Positions 18,182 through 24,125 of a stretch of DNA of 38,867 bases are shown here, one piece after another. The first letter of the stretch is position 1. Each line of letters starts with the position of its first letter. The notes under the pieces are model-generated. The model did not search any database. It was not told where the DNA came from and was given only the letters and a program-made list of their open reading frames with translations. Both the position numbers and the translations under genes were made by a program. Origin of the DNA: Patescibacteria group bacterium (GTDB lineage Bacteria > Patescibacteriota > Microgenomatia > Daviesbacterales > UBA10151); contig DATDWU010000027.1 in NCBI GenBank assembly GCA_035289525.1, positions 1-38,867 of the forward strand, in the 5' to 3' direction.

Positions 18182-18363
18182 TCCAATAAAGCCAATGTCC
18201 AATTAAAACAAAACCCACGTCATTGCGAAGAGTGAAACGTCGAAGCAATTTCACTTATTGGTCTCTTCACAAACTGGGGAAGTTAATTTAATTTGGAATG
18301 CTCGCGTTGGGATTGTGAGAGCATGAACTCTTTGAAAATTCTGAGGGAATAAAGAGATAAATT

Positions 18364-18897
18364 TTATCGCCTATAAATGCTTATAGAGTGCGGTTTTACA
18401 GGACTTGGAATCATGACCTCAGGAAGTGAAAAAGTTTTACCCTGGTTTTTTAGATAATCTTCAAGTGTAATGGCAGTCTTCCAATAGAGATTCGCTCTTT
18501 TATAGAATTCGGCAGGACTCACTTTTTCAAACAAAGCAATCATTGCCATATTTAACTCCATTGAAGGGGCAACAAGAACGGCTCTTGGATCAACCATTAC
18601 TTGTAAAATGGAGTCGTTTGAAGAAATAGGCATATCTGGTGTAGGTTCCGCATATACAGAATGCATCCGGCGAAAACCTATTCCTTCCTTTCTAGCGACT
18701 AGATCAAATAACTCATCGGTAATTCTTATTTGCAATGAGTACATTCTATATCTAAGTGTTGGAATGTGCCTGGATCTGTGTCTTGACTTTAAGCCTGAAT
18801 GTAAAATTTCAGGAACAAATTCATCTAAAGTTACATGATAAACCGGAGCTTGGTTTAAGATTTCTTGTGATCTGGACATTACAAAAGCATTATACAT
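18364..18897 (-). CDS. Hypothetical protein; possible ADP-ribosyltransferase-fold (H-Y-E-like) orphan
   Basis: VYHVTLDEFVPEILHSGL resembles the first strand-helix of DarT/Tpt1-type ARTs. HSVYAEP and LPEVMIP are candidate Y and E motifs. Tentative, by eye only. Confidence 0.4.
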   Translation of the reverse strand: MYNAFVMSRSQEILNQAPVYHVTLDEFVPEILHSGLKSRHRSRHIPTLRYRMYSLQIRITDELFDLVARKEGIGFRRMHSVYAEPTPDMPISSNDSILQVMVDPRAVLVAPSMELNMAMIALFEKVSPAEFYKRANLYWKTAITLEDYLKNQGKTFSLPEVMIPSPVKPHSISIYRR

Positions 18898-18902
18898 TCA
18901 CG

Positions 18903-18930
18903 ATTATCAATTTACAACCTATAGTATCAA
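18903..18930 (-). promoter_or_regulatory. Sigma70-like promoter (TTGATA-16-GATAAT), 5 nt from the ATG at 18897
   Basis: Minus strand reads TTGATActataggttgtaaattGATAATcgtgaATG. Confidence 0.45.
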
Positions 18931-18940
18931 TGAGTAGCTT

Positions 18941-19492
18941 TTATGCTTTTGGCTCGAGGAGGACCCAATTTTTGGATACAGCGGGTTCGCTGCAGAGGTT
19001 GCGGTTAAAGCAGCAGGGGCGGCGCATTCCTTTATTGAGTTTATCGAGTGCAACTTCGATATGCTTTTTTCTTGTCTCCTCAGTTTTAACAGCGCGGATC
19101 CAGCGAATCCAGTCCCAGCGGGCCATTGGAGTGATATCTTTCCATAAAGCTTCAGCTTTAGGCGAAAAAGACAGTGCTTTTTTTAAATCAGCCGGCACTT
19201 CCGGCTCTATCCACTCTTTAGTCGGTTCAAGAGAAACTTCTACTGTGTCTCCGGAAGCGGCAGAAGCCTCATCAAGCAGCTTTTTATCAGGGGCAAACCA
19301 ATGGCTTGGTTTAAGTCCTGGTCCGTATCTACCATCCGGTTCAAGCAAAGTCTTAAAAGGCACGCCATTGATACTACCTTTAACCATTATCATGCCTCTG
19401 GATGGAAGTTTTGCCGAGGCATCTTCTGGTAGTTGAAGAATTGTCCAATCGCCAATTTTATAAAGTTTAGCTTCAAAAGAGATTGCCGGCAT
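18941..19492 (-). CDS. DUF1905 + YdeI/OmpD-associated family protein
   Basis: N-terminal FEAKLYKIGDWTILQLPED..GMIMVKGSINGVPFKTLLEPDG (DUF1905). C-terminal DWIRWIRAVKTEETRKKHIEVALDKL (YdeI-like). Confidence 0.7.
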   Translation of the reverse strand: MPAISFEAKLYKIGDWTILQLPEDASAKLPSRGMIMVKGSINGVPFKTLLEPDGRYGPGLKPSHWFAPDKKLLDEASAASGDTVEVSLEPTKEWIEPEVPADLKKALSFSPKAEALWKDITPMARWDWIRWIRAVKTEETRKKHIEVALDKLNKGMRRPCCFNRNLCSEPAVSKNWVLLEPKA

Positions 19493-19500
19493 AGGAAGAT

Positions 19501-19509
19501 ATTATATCA
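19501..19509 (-). promoter_or_regulatory. Extended -10 element (TGATATAAT), 8 nt from the ATG at 19492
   Basis: Minus strand reads TTGATATAATatcttcctATG. Confidence 0.4.
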
Positions 19510-19531
19510 AAGGCCCGAACTTGGTTTTGGA

Positions 19532-19577
19532 GTGACTGACGGGATAACACGCCCTTTTGCTTAAGCAAAAGGTGAAC
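19532..19577 (-). repeat. Copy A1: tRNA-His 3'-terminal 14 nt fused to a 32-nt hairpin segment
   Basis: gtgactgacgggataacacgcccttttgcttaagcaaaaggtgaac is 46/46 identical to 19657-19702. The first 14 nt equal the tRNA-His 3' end (19844-19857). It contains the 8-bp hairpin ccttttgc-ttaa-gcaaaagg. Confidence 0.8.
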
Positions 19578-19597
19578 CGGGATCGAAGATCCGCTTA

Positions 19598-19655
19598 AAA
19601 TCCCTTGCCAACCAACCCATAAAAAATCCTCCACAAGGGAGGAATTTTTTCTGGG
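19598..19655 (-). terminator. Copy B1 of the tRNA-His downstream flank, containing a bidirectional intrinsic-terminator hairpin
   Basis: aaatcccttgccaacca..aaaaaa-tcctcc-acaag-ggagga-atttttt. Hairpin at 19627-19643, flanked by A6 and T6. About 80% identical to 19786-19842. Confidence 0.6.
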
Positions 19656-19656
19656 G

Positions 19657-19702
19657 GTGACTGACGGGATAACACGCCCTTTTGCTTAAGCAAAAGGTGA
19701 AC
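19657..19702 (-). repeat. Copy A2: tRNA-His 3'-terminal block fused to the same 32-nt hairpin segment
   Basis: Identical to A1. With the preceding bases it shares 16 nt (gggtgactgacgggat) with the genuine tRNA 3' end. Confidence 0.8.
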
Positions 19703-19785
19703 TCTCTTCCTCTAACTACTACTTAATTTCTGAGGTTGTATTGAGGCATCAACGATCCATAGTTTTAACATTAAATCGCAGTTAT

Positions 19786-19842
19786 AAATCCCTTGCTAAC
19801 CACCACAAAAAAAGCCCTCCTAAAGGAGGACTTTTCTTTGTG
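19786..19842 (-). terminator. Copy B2: intrinsic terminator immediately downstream of tRNA-His
   Basis: Minus strand reads GTCCTCC-TTTA-GGAGGGC followed by TTTTTTT (plus strand 19806-19832). The flank is homologous to B1. Confidence 0.65.
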
Positions 19843-19915
19843 GGTGACTGACGGGATTTGAACCCGCAACCGTCGGTACCACAAACCGATGCTCTACCAT
19901 TGAGCTACAGCCACC
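19843..19915 (-). tRNA. tRNA-His, anticodon GUG, with encoded G-1 and no encoded CCA
   Basis: Minus strand reads G-GTGGCTG-TA-GCTC-AATGGTA-GAGC-A-TCGGT-TTGTGGT-ACCGA-CGGTT-GCGGG-TTCAAAT-CCCGT-CAGTCAC-C. The extra 5' G opposite C73 is the tRNA-His hallmark. Followed by CAC, not CCA. Confidence 0.9.
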
Positions 19916-20031
19916 AAGTGAATTTAGAATTCAAAATTTATAATTAAGAATTAAATCCGAATCCTAACTCAAAGTGTATTTTACAAGATTTAGAATTAAG
20001 ATGCCAGAAAGCCGGAACTGTTTAAGCATAT

Positions 20032-20060
20032 TTGACAAAGTAAAACCTTAATACTATAAT
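20032..20060 (+). promoter_or_regulatory. Perfect-consensus sigma70 promoter (TTGACA-17-TATAAT), 10 nt from the ATG at 20071
   Basis: ttgaca at 20032-20037, a 17-nt spacer, tataat at 20055-20060. No Shine-Dalgarno sequence before the ATG. Confidence 0.6.
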
Positions 20061-20070
20061 CCTATAGTTT

Positions 20071-20697
20071 ATGTTCGAACGTTTAAGAACTTTAAGAATC
20101 ATAGGAAGAGTCAGATTTACCAAACCCACACCGGCTGCAGGCGAATTTCAACCCTCTAAAGTAACGGAAGTTTATTTAGCTGCCGGTTATACTACTGATT
20201 TCTCTGAACCAGGTGGCATACCTAACCCTAACAAAACTCATCTAAAACAAAATCGGGGAGAAGCTTTGCTGGTTTTCTCCTGTAGCAACCGGATAGATGA
20301 AATAATTAAAGCTGCCAAAGGTTTTGCCCGAACAAGAAGTTTAACAACACGAGAACCTTCGGTAGTTGTTGTCCTTGGGGTTAATAGAGGTAATTTTTCC
20401 AGTTTCAATGGTGGGCTCAGAATGTATGATGCGCTAAATGCTTCCAATGGAAACGGGTGGAAAGCTGTGACAGACTTTAGTCAATTAGAACAGCCTTGCA
20501 GAGTAGCAATTGGCGCTAAAGAGTTAAGAAATAATATTGCACTTCTGGCTGCTGCCGGATGCGAAGTCAGGATAGCAGATCCTGTTAGTATTCCTGCGAC
20601 GTTGGCGGAATGCTTAGACGATAATAGTGGAATCAAACCGGCGCCTGCTTACCCCGATTTCGAAATTTGGTCACCTCCCCAACAAGACCCCCATTAA
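20071..20697 (+). CDS. Hypothetical protein (orphan)
   Basis: Intact 208-aa ORF behind a consensus promoter. No family recognised. Confidence 0.45.
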   Translation: MFERLRTLRIIGRVRFTKPTPAAGEFQPSKVTEVYLAAGYTTDFSEPGGIPNPNKTHLKQNRGEALLVFSCSNRIDEIIKAAKGFARTRSLTTREPSVVVVLGVNRGNFSSFNGGLRMYDALNASNGNGWKAVTDFSQLEQPCRVAIGAKELRNNIALLAAAGCEVRIADPVSIPATLAECLDDNSGIKPAPAYPDFEIWSPPQQDPH

Positions 20698-22472
20698 TTA
20701 GACCACGGCAGCAATTTCCAAAGTTCAACCGGTTTTAGAATTGCCGAGCGGATATCGGGCTGGAGCTCGCCAAAATCCAGTTTATTTTCTCCGGGTATAA
20801 TTTTTTGGTTAATGCTTTTAGGTTTGTAGTAAGGCTTTTCCAGGGTGAATAAATATTCCTGGTCAGGCAGTAAATATTTGGTTTCCAAATTGCCGGATTT
20901 GCCGGTGTTATCCAAAACAGCCTTAACATTGGTGCTTGAAAGCGCGTAACGGAGCTGTCCTAAAATTCCTAAAATATAATCGCCGCCGAAGGCTTTTTTC
21001 CATTTTAAGGAGGCCGATACCTGTAAATAAACCGGTGCTTTAACTTCAATATTTAACAGATTGTCGTTTGGGGTTAAGGGTTTTAGACCATTGAAGAGAT
21101 TAAAGGAAGTTTTGTATTCCCCTCCGGGTAGTCCGGAGACCGGGATATCAAATGAAATTTCCTGGCCGGGTTCAACAGTTTTATCCGCTCCGACTTCAAA
21201 ACGGGTTTTTTCAAAAGCCTCAGCCGTTCCGAAGACATTTAAGGCTGTATCGGAGTCTTTACCCCAGATAGTCTGGCCGGTGTTTTTAAAAGTCACCCGC
21301 ATGACGTAAGGCTCATTATAAGATAAGGTGACGGTTGTGCCGGATGAGGTGGCTTCGAAATAATTAGTGAAGCCTTCTTTTTCAATGGCCAATTTAATGA
21401 ACCTGGCAGACTCAGACTGCACCGGTTTGCCTTTTATTTTTTCGGCGTCCTGCAAAATATAAAAAGGAAGATGGTAATCTTTTTCGGCATTTGCCAGATT
21501 ACCGTTTTTCTTAAAAGAGAAATGGTCAAACGGCGGTTCCTGGTAGTTTAGTAGAAATGGTGTGACTGCAACTATCCGGTTGCTTGCCCAGGCGTTGTCG
21601 AAAGCCTGTTTATAATATTCTCCAACCTTATCAGGGTCAGGGAAACTGTTATCAACAGTGATGCCGTCCGAGTGCTTCCATCCGGTTTCCGTAATAAAAA
21701 CAGGTAAAACTTTTTTAACTCCGAGCCGGTTTAAGATCGACTGTTCCCATTCCCAGGTCCGTACGGTTCCGCGTCCGGCATCACCGGGTTTGCCTGAAAA
21801 ATTGGGATTTGGGTAAGAATGGGAAACCCAACCGTCAAATTTTTCAAAGATCCCGGGAATGGATGCATCCATCCGTTTCATAAACTCTTCCTGATCCATA
21901 TAAGCAGGTGGTTTGTTAGGGGCTGAGGCGTCAAATCCTGCATTTAAAACAAAAAAGTCATCAGATTTTTTCCGTAAAGCCTCAATGGTTCTATTGGTGC
22001 TGACGGCAAATCCTTCCGGATCAACAACACCGCCCCATTCCGAACCGTGGTTGGGTTCGTTATATAAAATTACATAGCGGTTTTTAACCGGCCAAACCAG
22101 TTTATCTAAAAAATCCGCCCAGGCTGTGCCCTCGTCTTCGTAAGGCCGTTCCCAGTTACCGTTATCGGGTTTAGTAGCCAGCCTGACAATCGGGATTAAA
22201 TGACGGCGGCGGAGTTCATTAAAAAATTCCTGCCATTTTTGTTCGTTCCGGTCGCTGGACTCAGCAAGAACTGTGATATAACCCCAATCGCCGTTATTAT
22301 TAACCAGTCTCGCCGCCTCCGAAGCTTCGTCCCTCGTTGCCGAGATGATGTGGATTCCATATTTGTTATTCGGGACCGCGCGGGGATCACTGATTGCCTT
22401 TACGGAAGTAACAAGATACAAGAAACAGGATACAAACAAAATGGAAGCAAAAAGCAGGCTAAATAATTTCAT
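20694..22472 (-). CDS. Secreted glycoside hydrolase, clan GH-A TIM barrel (GH5-like), with a C-terminal beta-rich extension
   Basis: Signal peptide MKLFSLLFASILFVSCFLYLVTSVKA. Acid/base motif YNEPNHGSEW and nucleophile motif VFITETGW. Confidence 0.55.
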   Translation of the reverse strand: MKLFSLLFASILFVSCFLYLVTSVKAISDPRAVPNNKYGIHIISATRDEASEAARLVNNNGDWGYITVLAESSDRNEQKWQEFFNELRRRHLIPIVRLATKPDNGNWERPYEDEGTAWADFLDKLVWPVKNRYVILYNEPNHGSEWGGVVDPEGFAVSTNRTIEALRKKSDDFFVLNAGFDASAPNKPPAYMDQEEFMKRMDASIPGIFEKFDGWVSHSYPNPNFSGKPGDAGRGTVRTWEWEQSILNRLGVKKVLPVFITETGWKHSDGITVDNSFPDPDKVGEYYKQAFDNAWASNRIVAVTPFLLNYQEPPFDHFSFKKNGNLANAEKDYHLPFYILQDAEKIKGKPVQSESARFIKLAIEKEGFTNYFEATSSGTTVTLSYNEPYVMRVTFKNTGQTIWGKDSDTALNVFGTAEAFEKTRFEVGADKTVEPGQEISFDIPVSGLPGGEYKTSFNLFNGLKPLTPNDNLLNIEVKAPVYLQVSASLKWKKAFGGDYILGILGQLRYALSSTNVKAVLDNTGKSGNLETKYLLPDQEYLFTLEKPYYKPKSINQKIIPGENKLDFGELQPDIRSAILKPVELWKLLPWSN

Positions 22473-22499
22473 AATGGAAGTTTGGATATTTTAACACGC

Positions 22500-22769
22500 C
22501 TAGCGGTAAGTATGCTTATCCTTTTTCTTTAAATTAACAGGTATTATTCCGTTATCGTTAATGACATAAAAAAGTCGATGCGAATCACCGACCCAAACCC
22601 TTCTTTGCTCTTGTTCTTTAGCAGCAATCCTTTTTCCTTCAAAGGGGTTGATCTTTAATTTTTCAAATGTATGTCGAAGCTTTTTCTCGATAGATCGGTC
22701 TTTTTTATATAATTTCTTAGCAATTTCTAAGAAAGTTGGGGTGATTACTATTTTAAATCCTAAGTCCAC
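22500..22769 (-). CDS. Type II toxin, RelE/ParE superfamily
   Basis: Pattern ITPTF..AKKL..IEKKL...EKLKINPFEGKRI...RRVWVGDSHRLFYVI..N.IIPVNL..KDKHTY matches the RelE/ParE consensus (..RvGdYRliY.i...i.i..i..R...Y). Confidence 0.65.
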   Translation of the reverse strand: MDLGFKIVITPTFLEIAKKLYKKDRSIEKKLRHTFEKLKINPFEGKRIAAKEQEQRRVWVGDSHRLFYVINDNGIIPVNLKKKDKHTYR

Positions 22770-22781
22770 TTTTATAAAACA

Positions 22782-23021
22782 TTACTTCTTTAATTTGTCA
22801 AAAAATTCTTCTTCGCTAAGATGTTCTCCTTTTTTATATTCATTCATAATAATACCAAGAACCTTACCGTCTTCGGCCGTTAATTTTTCATCCGAAGTTA
22901 ATTCATTCCAGTTATATGGTGATGGAATAGAGGTTTCTTGAGTAATAACAAACTCGTTGACGTTCTCAGTAAATTTTAGTCTGTTTTTATATTCTTCTGG
23001 TATGGTAATAATTTGAGTCAT
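22782..23021 (-). CDS. Putative cognate antitoxin (unclassified)
   Basis: 79-aa acidic ORF, 12 nt upstream of the toxin gene. Its start overlaps the upstream gene's stop (ATGA). No recognised DNA-binding motif. Confidence 0.35.
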   Translation of the reverse strand: MTQIITIPEEYKNRLKFTENVNEFVITQETSIPSPYNWNELTSDEKLTAEDGKVLGIIMNEYKKGEHLSEEEFFDKLKK

Positions 23022-23275
23022 TTTTGTATATCCTTTGCGATTCTTCTTTGTCGTAATAAAGCTTCTAAAATATCAGATAATTGTTGGGCTGTGACATGAG
23101 AAATAACTACTCTATTTGTTAAAATTGCCTGTCCGTTTGGAACGTTTAATACAAAATCAAGAACAACCTCTTGATCGCTGGCATTTATGCTTACAATATT
23201 TGCATAGGACCCTTGTCCGACTGAATCAGGTATTCTTATTGCTAGTTGTTGAGTGGCAGGTTTCTTCTGATCCAT
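23018..23275 (-). CDS. DUF3467 family protein
   Basis: GQGSYANIVSINASDQEVVLDFV..ILTNRVVISHVTAQQL matches the DUF3467 pattern (..YAN....t..EF.LDF..). Confidence 0.55.
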   Translation of the reverse strand: MDQKKPATQQLAIRIPDSVGQGSYANIVSINASDQEVVLDFVLNVPNGQAILTNRVVISHVTAQQLSDILEALLRQRRIAKDIQK

Positions 23276-23439
23276 AGACGTATATTATACACAATTTTTT
23301 ATAATTTTAACTATAGAGAAGATATAAGTTTTCTCTCTTGACTTCGGGTTAAATTTGGTTTAATAATAAATAACCGAAATTTTGCCGAATATGTTTCTTG
23401 CCCTGTTTCACATTTCGCTACTGCTTAAAAAAATTTTTA

Positions 23440-23456
23440 AAGCATGATTCATGCTT
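23440..23456. promoter_or_regulatory. Perfect 17-bp palindrome (candidate operator)
   Basis: aagcatga-t-tcatgctt has 8-bp arms around one central base. It lies between a promoter-like TTGACT-17-TAATAA (about 23349-23377) and the ATG at 23476. Confidence 0.3.
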
Positions 23457-23475
23457 CATAATTCGTAATTCATTT

Positions 23476-23733
23476 ATGGTTGAGCTTTGTGATCCTGTTA
23501 ATGTTTGGGTCTTCTTTGAAAAAGGGCAGATCAAGCCTTATGTTTTCTTTTGGAATAAACGGCGGATTGCCATAGATAAAATCAATTTAGTCCACCAAAG
23601 CAGAGAGGGAGATAGGGATTTATATCATTTTTCAGTTTCCTCGGGAGGTAATTTTTATAGATTGGGGTTTGACAGTGGTAGGTTGAAGTGGGTTCTGGAA
23701 GCTATTGAAGAAGATGATGTTGTTTTGTCCTAA
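23476..23733 (+). CDS. Hypothetical small protein
   Basis: ATG at 23476 (MVELCDPVNVWVFF..). The ORF-track TTG at 23398 is unlikely. No motif recognised. Confidence 0.4.
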   Translation: MVELCDPVNVWVFFEKGQIKPYVFFWNKRRIAIDKINLVHQSREGDRDLYHFSVSSGGNFYRLGFDSGRLKWVLEAIEEDDVVLS

Positions 23734-23735
23734 GA

Positions 23736-24080
23736 CTAGAAAATACTGGCTACAGGGGAGATCATTAAAGCTCGGGTTAAGGCTTGTTGATCCGAAACTG
23801 GAGCAGGGCGAGGTGCAGGCAGCGAAAACTCAATAAATTTAGATGGAGGTCTTCTGAATAAAGGTTGGGCTTTCTCTCTCATAATTTTTAACACAAGTTG
23901 CGGAATAAAAGTGGTTATGCTGGCTCCATAGCTAAGTTCTTCGGCGACCTCGAGAGTTCTTGCCGCCACTGTTGCTAACCGTTCCGGTGACTGATCGGCA
24001 AGGCGGGGAGCAAATATAACTGAGAGTGTGTTCAACGCTGGCTTGGACTCCAGAAGATTGGCGAGAGGGATCGGTATCAA
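23736..24080 (-). CDS. Hypothetical protein (doubtful; TTG start, GC-richer than its surroundings)
   Basis: The only ORF in this interval, divergent from dinB, with no recognisable motif. Confidence 0.25.
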   Translation of the reverse strand: MIPIPLANLLESKPALNTLSVIFAPRLADQSPERLATVAARTLEVAEELSYGASITTFIPQLVLKIMREKAQPLFRRPPSKFIEFSLPAPRPAPVSDQQALTRALMISPVASIF

Positions 24081-24125
24081 CCATTAACAGTAAAAACATA
24101 TCAAGTAGCGGATATTTTGTCTAGT

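Noticed and set aside
18756-19436. Long antisense ORFs: 18756-19436 (+), 36089-36652 (-), 37736-37999 (-), 3816-4058 (+), 8779-9021 (+), 13938-14129 (-) and similar.
   Set aside because: They lie opposite well-supported genes with clear family motifs, have low-complexity translations, and have no independent start signals. They are treated as shadow ORFs.
20071-20697. Macrodomain-like motif (VVVVLGVNRGNFSSFNGGL, resembling VNAAN..L..GGG) that would pair with the ART-like orphan at 18364-18897 as a DarTG-like system.
   Set aside because: Only about 85 residues follow the motif, which is too few for a macrodomain. The second and third macrodomain motifs are not visible. The two genes are on opposite strands and are separated by another gene and a tRNA.
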